The notes below the pieces were generated by a model. That model was not told the DNA's origin, searched no databases, and saw only the letters and a list, made by a program, of their open reading frames with translations. 39,827 nucleotides of DNA from Ranitomeya imitator (lineage: Eukaryota). The position numbers and the translations under genes are program-made. The stretch is from positions 12,834,001-12,873,827 of the forward strand of contig NC_091285.1 of NCBI RefSeq assembly GCF_032444005.1, given 5' to 3'. Positions 23,820 to 35,920 of this stretch are shown here, piece after piece (position 1 is the stretch's first letter; each line of letters begins with the position of its first letter).

Positions 23820-26800
23820 GATGCCACCACTTCTCCCACCCTCCCGTATAATACCCCAGTGCCATCGCTACTCCCCCCGTATAATACCCCAGTGCCATCG
23901 CTCCACCTCCCACCCTCCCGTATAATACCCCAGTGCCATCGCTCCCCCTCCCGTATAATACCCCAGGTGCCATCGCTACTCCCCCCGTATAATACCCCAG
24001 TGCCATCGCTCCACCTCCCACCCTCCCGTATAATACCCCAGTGCCATCGCTCCCCCTCCCGTATAATACCCCAGGTGCCATCGCTACTCCCCCCGTATAA
24101 TACCCCAGTGCCATCGCTCCACCTCCCACCTTCCCGTATAATACCCCAGTGCCATCGCTCCCCCTCCCGTATAATACCCCAGGTGCCATCGCTACTCCCC
24201 CCGTATAATACCCCAGTGCCATCGCTCCACCTCCCACCCTCCCGTATAATACCCCAGTGCCATCGCTCCCCCTCCCGTATAATACCCAGGTGCCATTGCT
24301 CCGCCTCCCGTATAATACCCAGGTGCCATCGCTCCACCTCCCACCCTCCCGCATAATACCCCAGTGCCATCGCTCCCCCTCCCGCATAATACCCCAGGTG
24401 CCATCGCTCCACCTCCCACCCTCCCGTATAATACCCAGGTGCCATCGCTCCACCTCCCACCCTCCCGTATAATACCCCAGGTGCCATCGCTACTCACCCC
24501 CGTATAATACCCAGGAACCATCGCTCCACCTCCCGCTCTCCCGTATAATACCCAGGTGCCATCGCTCCACCTCCCACCCTCCTGTATAATACCCCAGGTG
24601 TCATCGCTCCACCTCCCACCCTCCCGTATAATACCCCAGGTGCCATCGCTCCACCTCCCACCCTTCTGTATAATACCCAGGTGCCATCACTCCACCTCCC
24701 ACATAATACCCCAGGTGCCATCGCTCCACCTCCCACCCTCCCGTATAATACCCAGGTGCCATCGCTCCACCTCCCACCCTCCCGTATAATACCCAGGTGC
24801 CATCGCTCCACCTCCCACCCTCCCGTATAATACCCCAGGTGCCATCGCTACTCACCCCCGTATAATACCCAGGAACCATCGCTTCACCTCCCACCCTCCC
24901 GTATAATACCCCAGGTGCCATCGCTACTCACCCCCGTATAATACCCAGGAACCATCGCTCCACCTCCCGCTCTCCCGTATAATACCCAGGTGCCATCGCT
25001 CCACCTCCCACCCTCCTGTATAGTACCCCAGGTGCTATCGCTACTCCCCCCGTATAATACCCAGGTGCCATCGCTCCACCTCCCACCCTCCTGTATAATA
25101 CCCCAGGTGCCATCGCTCCACCTCCCACATAATACCCCAGGTGCCATCGCTCCACCTCCCACCCTCCCGTATAATACCCAGGTGCCATCGCTCCACCTCC
25201 CACCCTCCCGTATAATACCCCAGGTGCCATCGCTCCACCTCCCACCCTCCCGCATAATACCCAGGTGCCATCGCTCCACCTCCCACCCTCCCGTATAATA
25301 CCCCAGGTGCCATCGCTCCACCTCCCACCCTCCCGTATAATACCCCAGGTGCCATCGCTCCACCTCCCACCCTCCCGTATAATACCCCAGGTGCCATCGC
25401 TCCACCTCCCACCCTTATGTATAATACCCAGGTGCCATCACTCCACCTCCCACCCTCCCGCATAATACCCCAGGTGCCATCGCTCCACCTCCCACCCTCC
25501 CGTATAATACCCAGGTGCCATCGCTCCACCTCCCACCCTCCCGTATAATACCCAGGTGCCATCGCTCCACCTCCCACCCTCCCGTATAATACCCCAGGTG
25601 TCATCGCTACTCACCCCCGTATAATAGCCAGGAACCATCGCTTCACCTCCCACCCTCCTGTATAATACCCCAGTGCCATCGCTCCACCTCCCGCTCTCCC
25701 GTATAATACCCAGGTGCCATCGCTCCACCTCCCACCCTCCCGTATAATACCCCAGTGCCATCGCTCCACCTCCCGTATAATACCCCAGGTGCCATCACTC
25801 CGCCTCCCGTATAATACCTCAGGTGCCATCACTCCGCCTCCCGTATAATACCCAGGTGCCATCGCTCCACCTACCACCCTCCTGCATAATACCCCAGGTG
25901 CCATCGCTACTCCCGTATAATACCCCAGGTGCCATCTCTACTCCTCCCGTATAATACCCCAGGTGCCATCGCTCCACCTCCCACATAATACCCCAGGTGC
26001 CATCGCTCCACCTCCCACATAATACCCCAGGTGCCATCGCTACTCCTCCCGTATAATACCCCAGGTGCCATCGCTACTCCTCCCGTATAATACCCCAGGT
26101 GCCATCGCTACTCCCCCCGTATAATACCCAGGTGCCATCGCTCCCCCTCCCGTATAATACCCAGGTGCCATCGCTCCCCCTCCCGTATAATACCCAGGTG
26201 CCATCGCTCCCCCTCCCGTATAATACCCAGGTGCCATCGCTCCACCTCCCCCTCCCGTATAATACCCAGGTGCCATCGCTCCACCTCCCCCTCCCGTATA
26301 ATACCCCAGGTGCCATCGCTACTCCCCCCGTATAATACCCAGGTGCCATCGCTCCCCCTCCCGTATAATACCCAGGTGCCATCGCTCCCCCTCCCGTATA
26401 ATACCCAGGTGCCATCGCTCCCCCTCCCGTATAATACCCAGGTGCCATCGCTCCACCTCCCCCTCCCGTATAATACCCAGGTGCCATCGCTCCACCTCCC
26501 CCTCCTGTATAATACCCAGGTGTCATCGCTCCACCTCCCCCTCCCGTATAATACCCAGGTGCCATCGCTCCACCTCCCCCTCCTGTATAATACCCAGGTG
26601 CCATCGCTCCACCTCCCCCTCCCGTATAATACCCCAGGTGCCATCGCTACTCCCCCCGTATAATACCCAGGTGCCATCGCTCCCCCTCCCGTATAATACC
26701 CCGGTGCCATCGCTCCCCCTCCCGTATAATACCCCGGTGCCATCGCTCCCCCTCCCGTATAATACTCCAGTGCCATCGCTCCAGCTCCCCCTCCCGTATA

Positions 26801-26853
26801 ATACCCCAGTGCCATCGCTCCACCTCCCCCCTCCTGTATAATACCCAGGTGCC
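23820..26853. repeat. C-rich minisatellite with variable units of about 28-42 bp
   Basis: Core GTATAATACCC(C)AG(G)TGCCATCGCT plus a variable C-rich tail. A 108-bp trimer period is seen at 23941/24049. Confidence 0.96.
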
Positions 26854-27079
26854 ACCCCTACTTTGTTACTGAAAATAAATTACTAAATACCCCGTGCATG
26901 TGCCCACTTATAGCCCCTAGAAAAATAACGCCCCATGTGCCCCTTTGACTGTCACATTACTCTAATTGCCCCTATAACAATAATGATTCTTAAGTGCCCA
27001 CTTCACATTTAACACTATCCCGAGTCCCCCCATTTCTAGCTCCCCTGTACACAGTGTGCTGGGCCCGCAGCTCCCTGTA

Positions 27080-27301
27080 AACACGAGAAGTAATGGGATG
27101 AAACTGAACGGGAGGAGACGCAGATTAGATATTTTGACAGTGATCAATGAGTGGAGCAGGCGGCCACGAGAGGTGGTGAGTTCTCCTTCAATGGAAGCCT
27201 TTAAACTGAGGCTGGACACACATCTGTCAGACATGGTGCAGTGGGTTGGACACGATGACCACGGGGGTCCCTTCCAAATCTAACATTCTAGGATTCTATG
27301 A
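27080..27301 (+). mobile_element. Short 3'-terminal CR1 LINE fragment from a different subfamily than the 10-kb copy
   Basis: TRSNGMKLNGRR...EWSRRPREVVSSPSMEAFKLRLDTHL resembles the CR1 ORF2 C-terminus. It is followed by GGTCCCTTCCAAATCTAAC and the canonical CR1 tail ATTCTAGGATTCTATG. Confidence 0.85.
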
Positions 27302-27795
27302 CTGTGATGCCCCACAGCTCCCCTATACACAGTAGGATGCCCCCCCAAAACACAGTACAATGGCCCCCACAGTTATTACACACTGTAACGCAGTGACAGA
27401 CTGAGCGCAGCCAAGAGAGGAAGTGACTGACAGCCGTAACCATCCGCTGAGGCTGGAGATCACCGACATGATGTCACGTGACAATCATCGATGACATCAT
27501 ACGGTCATGTGATATTATGGACAGAATGTACCATCCAAAAAAAACCCTAAGAGTGCAAAAATAAAATAAACTGCAGCTCCAGCCCCCTCCTCCTCGCCTG
27601 CTCCCAAGATTCTAGATCAAGGAACTACAACTGGTGGCTCAGCAGTGGTCGGTATCCTGTGCCTGCAGCAGGAGCCTCCCCCCTCTGTAGGAGGACTTAT
27701 CTGTTGATTTTTTTTTTTTTTCTTTAAAGGGATTGAACATTTTTGTAAATATAAACCAAAAATAAATAAATCTAATATTTTTCATCCAATGAATT

Positions 27796-27801
27796 TTTAT
27801 T
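27796..27801 (-). terminator. MED21: Candidate MED21 polyadenylation signal AATAAA
   Basis: Minus-strand AATAAA about 490 nt after the stop codon, followed by a T/GT-rich tract (TTTATTTATTTTTGGTTT). Usage is not demonstrated. Confidence 0.55.
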
Positions 27802-28289
27802 ATGGAAAAAAAAAAAATCCGGTTACAAACATCGGCGGATGATCCCGGAATCCGCTGCAGAAGATCCACTCCGACCTCCAGGGCCTCATTTATCAGTGAC
27901 ACCGGGGCCACCTACTGGTCAGGAATGGGAAGGACGGCGCCAGATAAGACTTTCCATTGACAGACGAGGCCTGTTTTGTGCCGTCCTGGGCAGCAGCTTA
28001 AGGGGGTCTCCTCCCATAAAGTGGTCAGAAGAAGGCACCACCCTTCAGTGCTAAGACCTGGGGACATGAAAAGGTAGAAATGTTCTAAGCACGAGGGGCA
28101 GAGACCCCCGCGATGGCTAACATGAAGGCGCGGGCTCTCCTCAGACGCCATCGGTCTGGATGGACGGCAGCGTTGCTTAGTTTTAGCGATCGGCTGGGGG
28201 GGGGGGGGTCGGCCTCTATCGCACACAGTGACGTCACGCGGCAGATAGTTCAGTATCTCAGTCCTGAGGCGGGAGAGCGCCCCCTGCTG

Positions 28290-28466
28290 CTAGCTCTCAG
28301 ACAGCGGCTGCATGTGGATGCTGCTCCTCGTCTTCAGCTGGGACTGAGCGATGTCGGCCAGCGCCGTCTGGATCTTCTCCAGCAGCATGTCCCCTCGGAA
28401 CACCACCTCCTCCAGGCGCGCGGCCGCCGCGTGGTTCTCCTCCTCCAGCTGGTACAGGCTGGCGGC
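28290..28466 (-). CDS. MED21: MED21 exon 4 coding part, 177 nt including the TAG stop
   Basis: ttttcctttag|[58 protein letters not shown], matching the MED21/Srb7 C-terminus. Confidence 0.96.
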   Translation of the reverse strand, partial: AASLYQLEEENHAAAARLEEVVFRGDMLLEKIQTALADIAQSQLKTRSSIHMQPLSES

Positions 28467-28533
28467 CTAAAGGAAAAGCGACAGAACATCCTGAGAATGC
28501 AGCGCATTGCCCCGATCTCCCGGACCCCCCGCC

Positions 28534-29509
28534 GGGGCCGCCGCGCGTCTCACCCGTAGGGGCCGCCGCGCGTCTCACCCGTAGGGGCCGCCGCGCGTCT
28601 CACCCGTAGGGGCCGCCGCGCGTCTCACCCGTAGGGGCCGCCGCGCGTCTCACCCGTAGGGGCCGCCGCGCGTCTCACCCGTAGGGGCCGCCGCGCGTCT
28701 CACCCGTAGGGGCCGCCGCGCGTCTCACCCGTAGGGGCCGCCGCGCGTCTCACCCGTAGGGGCCGCCGCGCGTCTCACCCGTAGGGGCCGCCGCGCGTCT
28801 CACCCGTAGGGGCCGCCGCGCGTCTCACCCGTAGGGGCCGCCGCGCGTCTCACCCGTAGGGGCCGCCGCGCGTCTCACCCGTAGGGGCCGCCGCGCGTCT
28901 CACCCGTAGGGGCCGCCGCGCGTCTCACCCGTAGGGGCCGCCGCGCGTCTCACCCGTAGGGGCCGCCGCGCGTCTCACCCGTAGGGGCCGCCGCGCGTCT
29001 CACCCGTAGGGGCCGCCGCGCGTCTCACCCGTAGGGGCCGCCGCGCGTCTCACCCGTAGGGGCCGCCGCGCGTCTCACCCGTAGGGGCCGCCGCGCGTCT
29101 CACCCGTAGGGGCCGCAGCGCGTCTCACCCGTAGGGGCCGCAGCGCGTCTCACCCGTAGGGGCCGCAGCGCGTCTCACCCGTAGGGGCCGCAGCGCGTCT
29201 CACCCGTAGGGGCCGCAGCGCGTCTCACCCGTAGGGGCCGCAGCGCGTCTCACCCGTAGGGGCCGCAGCGCGTCTCACCCGTAGGGGCCGCAGCGCGTCT
29301 CACCCGTAGGGGCCGCCGCGCGTCTCACCCGTAGGGCCGCCGCGCGTCTCACCCGTAGGGCCGCAGCGCGTCTCACCCGTAGGGCCGCCGCGCGTCTCAC
29401 CCGTAGGGCCGCAGCGTGTCTCACCCGTAGGGCCGCAGCGCGTCTCACCTGTAGGGGCCGCAGCGTGTCTCACCTGTAGGGCCGCAGCGCGTCTCACCTG
29501 TAGGGCCGC
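28534..29509. repeat. 24/25-bp CpG-rich minisatellite, about 39 copies, derived from the MED21 exon 3/intron 3 junction
   Basis: The minus-strand unit GCGGCCC(C)TAC(A/G)G-GTGAGACGCGC equals the last 12 nt of exon 3 plus the first 12 nt of intron 3. Confidence 0.96.
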
Positions 29510-29598
29510 TGTAGACTCCTCGCTGGGCAAAGACTCGATCAGAACGTCGATATCTTTCGCAGTGCGAGCGATGAGGGCGGCAAAGAGCTGAGCGTATT
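29498..29598 (-). CDS. MED21: MED21 exon 3, 101 nt
   Basis: tcttgcag|(E)[33 protein letters not shown]|gtgaga. Confidence 0.96.
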
Positions 29599-29669
29599 CT
29601 GCAAGAGAGGAGACACCGAGAGGAGGATGCAACATGTCTGCCGGGGGGAGGAGGACGGGCGACACTCAC

Positions 29670-29784
29670 CTTCTGTGGGGCTGGAGGGCTGCTCCTTATT
29701 CACAGACGTCTGGATGTTACTGAACGAGGCGGGAGGAGCGCACTGCTGCAGCACCCCGATGGCGTTACAGAACTGGTCCGCAAG
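29670..29784 (-). CDS. MED21: MED21 exon 2, 115 nt
   Basis: ttttgcag|[38 protein letters not shown]|gtgagt. Intron 2 is only 71 bp. Confidence 0.96.
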
Positions 29785-29794
29785 CTGCAAAACA

Positions 29795-32700
29795 CAGTAG
29801 AAGAGTGAGCGCAGCTCTGGGGTATAACAGGGTCAGTAATGTATGTACACAGTGACTGCACCAGCAGAATAGTGAGTGCAGCTCTGGGGTATAATACAGG
29901 ATGTAACTCAGGATCAGTAATGTAATGTATGTACACAGTGACTGCACCAGCAGAATAGTGAGTGCAGCTCTGGGGTATAATACAGGATGTAACTCAGGAT
30001 CAGTAATGTAATGTACACAGTGACTGCACCAGCAGAATAGTGAATGCAGCTCTGGAGTATAATACAGGATGTAACTCAGGATCAGTAATGTAATGTATGT
30101 ACACAGTGACTGCACCAGCAGAATAGTGAGTGCAGCTCTGGGGTATAATACAGGATGTAACTCAGGATCAGTAATGTAATGTACACAGTGACTGCACCAG
30201 CAGAATAGTGAGTGCAGCTCTGGGGTATAATACAGGATGTAACTCAGGATCAGTAATGTAATGTATGTACACAGTGACTGCAGCAGAATAGTGAGTGCAG
30301 CTCTGGAGTATAATACAGGATGTAACTCAGGATCAGTAATGTAATGTATGTACACAGTGACTGCAGCAGAATAGTGAGTGCAGCTCTGGGGTATAATACA
30401 GGATGTAACTCAGGATCAGTAATGTAATGTATGTACACAGTGACTGCACCAGCAGAATAGTGAGTGCAGCTCTGGGGTATAATACAGATGTAACTCAGGA
30501 TCAGTAATGTAATGTATGTACACAGTGACTGCACCAGCAGAATAGTGAGTGCAGCTCTGGGGTATAATACAGGATGTAACTCAGGATCAGTAATGTAATG
30601 TAATGTATGTACACAGTGACTGCACCAGCAGAATAGTGAGTGCAGCTCTGGGGTATAATGCAGGATGTAACTCAGGATCAGTAATGTAATGTAATGTATG
30701 TACACAGTGACTGCACCAGCAGAATAGTGAATGCAGCTCTGGAGTATAATACAGGATGTAACTCAGGATCAGTAATGTAATGTATGTACACAGTGACTGC
30801 ACCAGCAGAATAGTGAGCGCAGCTCTGGGGTATAATACAGGATGTAACTCAGGATCAGTAATGTAATGTATGTACACAGTGACTGCACCAGCAGAATAGT
30901 GAGTGCAGCTCTAGGGTATAATACAGGATGTAACTCAGGATCAGTAATGTAATGTATGTACACGGTGACTGCACCAGCAGAATAGTGAGTGCAGCTCTGG
31001 AGTATAATACAGGATGTAACTCAGGATCAGTAATGTAATGTATGTACACAGTGACTGCACCAGCAGAATAGTGAGTGCAGCTCTGGGGTATAATACAGGA
31101 GGTAACTCAGGATCAGTAATGTATGTACACAGTAACTGCACCAGCAGAATAGTGAGTGCAGCTCTGGAGTATAATACAGGATGTAACTCAGGATCAGTAA
31201 TGTAATGTATGTACACAGTGACTGCACCAGCAGAATAGTGAGTGCAGCTCTGGGGTATAATACAGGATGTAACTCAGGATCAGTAATGTAATGTAATGTA
31301 TGTACACAGTGACTGCACCAGCAGAATAGTGAGTGCAGCTCTGGGGTATAATGCAGGATGTAACTCAGGATCAGTAATGTAATGTATGTACACAGTGACT
31401 GCAGCAGAATAGTGAGTGCAGCTCTGGGGTATAATACAGGATGTAACTCAGGGTCAGTAGTGTAATGTATGTACACAGTGACTGCACCAGCAGAATAGTG
31501 AGTGCAGCTCTGGAGTATAATACAGGATGTAACTCAGGATCAGTAATGTATGTACACAGTGACTTCACCAGCAGAATAGTGAGTGCAGCTCTGGGGTATA
31601 ATACAGGATGTAACTCAGGATCAGTAATGTAATGTATGTACACGGTGACTGCACCAGCAGAATAGTGAGTGCAGCTCTGGAGTATAATACAGGATGTAAC
31701 TCAGGATCAGTAATGTAATGTATGTACACAGTGACTGCACCAGCAGAATAGTGAGTGCAGCTCTGGGGTATAATACAGGAGGTAACTCAGGATCAGTAAT
31801 GTATGTACACAGTGACTGCACCAGCAGAATAGTGAGTGCAGCTCTGGAGTATAATACAGGATGTAACTCAGGATCAGTAATGTAATGTATGTACACAGTG
31901 ACTGCACCAGCAGAATAGTGAGTGCAGCTCTGGAGTATAATACAGGATGTAACTCGGGATCAGTAATGTAATGTATGTACACAGTGACTGCACCAGCAGA
32001 ATAGTGAGTGCAGCTCTGGGGTATAATACAGGAGGTAATCAGGATCAGTAATGTAATGTATGTACACAGTGACTGCACCAGCAGAATAGTGAGTGCAGCT
32101 CTGGAGTATAATACAGGATGTAACTCAGGATCAGTAATGTAATGTATGTACACAGTGACTGCACCAGCAGAATAGTGAGTGCAGCTCTGGAGTATAATAC
32201 AGGATGTAACTCGGGATCAGTAATGTAATGTATGTACACAGTGACTGCACCAGCAGAATAGTGAGTGCAGCTCTGGGGTATAATACAGGAGGTAATCAGG
32301 ATCAGTAATGTAATGTATGTACACAGTGACTGCACCAGCAGAATAGTGAGTGCAGCTCTGGAGGATAATACAGGATGTAACTCAGGATCAGTAATGTAAT
32401 GTATGTACACAGTGACTGCACCAGCAGAATAGTGAGTGCAGCTCTGGAGTATAATACAGGATGTAACTCGGGATCAGTAATGTAATGTATGTACACAGTG
32501 ACTGCACCAGCAGAATAGTGAGTGCAGCTCTGGGGTATAATACAGGATGTAACTCAGGATCAGTAATGTAATGTATGTACACAGTGACTGCACCAGCAGA
32601 ATAGTGAGCGCAGCTCTGGAGTATAATACAGGAGGTAATCAGGATCAGTAATGTAATGTATGTACACAGTGACTGCACCAGCAGAATAGTGAGTGCAGCT

Positions 32701-34143
32701 CTGGAGTATAATACAGGATGTAACTCAGGATCAGTAATGTAATGTATGTACACAGTGACTGCACCAGCAGAATAGTGAGTGCAGCTCTGGGGTATAATAC
32801 AGGATGTAACTCAGGATCAGTAATGTAATGTATGTACACAGTGACTGCACCAGCAGAATAGTGAGTGCAGCTCTGGGGTATAATACAGGATGTAATCAGG
32901 ATCAGTAATGTAATGTATGTACACAGTGACTGCACCAGCAGAATAGTGAGCGCAGCTCTGGAGTATAATACAGGAGGTAATCAGGATCAGTAATGTAATG
33001 TATGTACACAGTGACTGCACCAGCAGAATAGTGAGTGCAGCTCTGGAGTATAATACAGGAGGTGATCAGTAATGTATGTACACAGTGACTGCACCAGCAG
33101 AATAGTGAGTGCAGCTCTGGGGTATAATACAGGAGGTAATCAGGATCAGTAATGTATGTACACAGTGACTGCACCAGCAGAATAGTGAGTGCAGCTCTGG
33201 GGTATAATACAGGATGTAACTCAGGATCAGTAATGTATGTACACAGTGACTGCACCAGCAGAATAGTGAGCGCAGCTCTGGAGTATAATACAGGATGTAA
33301 CTCAGGATCAGTAATGTAATGTATGTACACAGTGACTGCACCAGCAGAATAGTGAGTGCAGCTCTGGAGGATAATACAGGATGTAACTCAGGATCAGTAA
33401 TGTAATGTATGTACACAGTGACTGCACCAGCAGAATAGTGAGTGCAGCTCTGGAGGATAATACAGGATGTAACTCAGGATCAGTAATGTAATGTATGTAC
33501 ACAGTGACTGCACCAGCAGAATAGTGAGTGCAGCTCTGGAGGATAATACAGGATGTAACTCAGGATCAGTAATGTAATGTATGTACACAGTGACTGCACC
33601 AGCAGAATAGTGAGTGCAGCTCTGGAGGATAATACAGGATGTAACTCAGGATCAGTAATGTAATGTATGTACACAGTGACTGAACCAGCAGAATAGTGAG
33701 TGCAGCTCTGGGGTATAATACAGGATGTAACTCAGGATCAGTAATGTAATGTACGTACACAGTGACTGCACCAGCAGAATAGTGAGTGCAGCTCTGGAGG
33801 ATAATACAGGATGTAACTCAGGATCAGTAATGTAATGTATGTACACAGTGACTGAACCAGCAGAATAGTGAGTGCAGCTCTGGGGTATAATACAGGATGT
33901 AACTCAGGATCAGTAATGTAATGTATGTACACAGTGACTGCACCAGCAGAATAGTGAGTGCAGCTCTGGAGTATAATACAGGATGTAACTCAGGATCAGT
34001 AATGTAATGTATGTACACAGTGACTGCACCAGCAGAATAGTGAGTGCAGCTCTGGAGGATAATACAGGATGTAACTCAGGATCAGTAATGTAATGTATGT
34101 ACACAGTGACTGCACCAGCAGAATAGTGAGTGCAGATCTGGAG
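29795..34143. repeat. 86-bp satellite, about 50 copies, filling MED21 intron 1
   Basis: Unit GTAATGTAATGTATGTACACAGTGACTGCACCAGCAGAATAGTGAGTGCAGCTCTGG(G/A)GTATAATACAGGATGTAACTCAGGATCA, with length variants of about 76-91 bp. Confidence 0.97.
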
Positions 34144-34287
34144 CACACATGATTACACACAGATAATACCTGTTGGCCGCGCACCATCATGCAGTCACCA
34201 GAGAATAACACATATAATCATTCTCACTATATCCCGCCCCCCTCGGATATACAGCTCACACGGACACCGGCACCGGGAGTCACTCAC

Positions 34288-34329
34288 CGAGTTCAGCGCG
34301 TCCTGCAGCTGTGTCAGGCGATCCGCCAT
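34288..34329 (-). CDS. MED21: MED21 exon 1 coding part, 42 nt
   Basis: AAG ATG GCG GAT CGC CTG ACA CAG CTG CAG GAC GCG CTG AAC TCG|gtgagt = MADRLTQLQDALNS. The exons sum to 42+115+101+177 = 435 nt, i.e. 144 aa plus stop. Confidence 0.96.
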
Positions 34330-34425
34330 CTTAGACGCTGGCAAAAGCGAAACTGGCTACGCCCACAACACGACGTGCTCTCCTATTGGTCCGTTGCTTA
34401 TGGGCGTGACTTTTACGCTCGACGC
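34322..34425 (-). promoter_or_regulatory. MED21: MED21 core promoter and 5' UTR region
   Basis: CpG-rich. A YY1-like AAGATGGCG overlaps the start codon, and a minus-strand CCAAT lies at about 34385-34389. Function is inferred from motifs only. Confidence 0.5.
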
Positions 34426-35813
34426 AATTTTTTTCTATTCATCCTTTTTTTTGTATGAACTTTATTGACAACACTCACAACGAACACTGGGGCTGTAGTG
34501 ACAATGAACCTGTGTAATTCCATGAGCCTTCTCTCTCTGTGTCTCTCCTGGGACTGACATTAAATAAAAACAGATCCCCTGAAAATCAAAAACTAAATAC
34601 AGCAGTGTGCAGTGCTGCACATGGGGCAAGTACACTGGGGAAGGTTTAGACAAACTGTGCAGTTCCCCCATTAACCACCAGGTGTCGCACTTGATTCTTT
34701 GTATCGAAAGTTTTAACCCCTTCCAGGTGATTTTTATTATTTTTTTCCTCTTATTTTTTTCATTTTCCTTCCCCATGGCCACACAAGCTTTTTTTTTTCG
34801 AGTCGAGTTGTGCTTTCCAATGACACCAGTTACTTTACCATATAGTGAAAAATGAAAAAGGGGAAAAAAAAAATCCCGACTGAGATGAAACGGTTAAAAA
34901 ATAAATGTATAGGGGTTTTTTTTTTTAGCAGTGATCGTTGTATGGTAAAAATGACCCCATAATATAATTCTCGGGGTCAGTACGATGACACCGATACTAA
35001 ACTTGAATAGGTTTTATTGACTTAAAAAAAAAAAAACAATTCGGAACTTTTTACATAAAATAAAAGTTTTTTTTAGTTTTTGTCGCCATTTTCTGAGACC
35101 TGTAATGTTTTACATTTCTGTCGATGGAGCTGTTTGGGGGCTTGAGGTTTTTTTTTTTGCATGTAGTTTTCGTGGCTGGGCGCCTAAGGGGGTCTTCATC
35201 AGACTCCTTGTTGCCGTGGCAATCCATCAGCGCACACAAAAAAAAAAATCCTTTCTCAAGAATAGATGATGGCGGCAGCAATCGGATCCAATAATGACTA
35301 AAATTAATCATTGTTTTCTTGTACGTGATAAAAAAAACAGACTCTATGGATGCGATTTTCATCCGTTTTTTGATCCGAGTGCCCATTTTTTTACATTATT
35401 GTGAAAAATGGACGCCTGTACGAGGCCTCAGTCACAGACATGATCTAACATCAGAAATGTAAGGGGATCAGCCATATTCCTTCGCTGTGGCCCCGTTAGG
35501 GCCCCTCAATAGCAGCGATCAGGGGAGCATAAGACCGCCATTATACAGGAGGGTTCTGGGTAATTTGCCAGGACTGATTCCATAAATTCACGGGTGTCTC
35601 GTCCATTTTGGGGCTTTTGTTATCTAGGCACATTGTTGTGCTGAATAGAGACCTACAGACACAATGGTGGGGATTGATATATATATAATATACATGTCTC
35701 TGTCACTGTCTCTTCTCTCCAGTTCGTACATATGTCTGCAGCGCCCGGGTTCGGCACATTCAGATCAATCAGAAGGAAGAAGAAGGGGTAGAAATCGGTC
35801 ATTAAGAAGAAAC

Positions 35814-35920
35814 AGGCCTCGTTGCCCTTAGCAACCAATCAGAGCTCAGCTTTCATTCTTCCACAGCACTGTTAGGAATGAAAGCTGCGCTCTGATTGGT
35901 TGCTATGGGAAACGAGGCCT
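35814..35920. mobile_element. Hairpin MITE, copy 1 (about 45-bp arms, 17-nt loop)
   Basis: AGGCCTCGTTGCCCTTAGCAACCAATCAGAGCTCAGCTTTCATTC ... GAATGAAAGCTGCGCTCTGATTGGTTGCTATGGGAAACGAGGCCT. Confidence 0.7.

Noticed and set aside
23677-26855. Gly/Tyr-rich (MAPGYYTGGG) and Pro-rich ORFs resembling structural or keratin-associated proteins
   Set aside because: Every frame on both strands gives periodic peptides, and frames break wherever unit length changes. This is a minisatellite, not a gene.
16600-27800. A C12orf71-like or other gene between STK38L and MED21
   Set aside because: No ORF or exon with recognisable homology was found. A diverged small gene cannot be excluded without a search.
29300-29790. 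121-aa and 83-aa minus-strand ORFs as standalone genes
   Set aside because: They are MED21 exons 2 and 3 read through into the flanking introns.
1105-34143. CRISPR-like appearance of the regular arrays
   Set aside because: Units are head-to-tail with no unique spacers, there are no cas genes, and the context is a spliced vertebrate locus.
7535-34143. TATAAT as a bacterial -10 promoter box
   Set aside because: Eukaryotic context; the motif occurs only as part of satellite units.
29765-34211. Dozens of MYIHYITDPELHPVL ORFs
   Set aside because: Translations of the 86-bp satellite inside MED21 intron 1.
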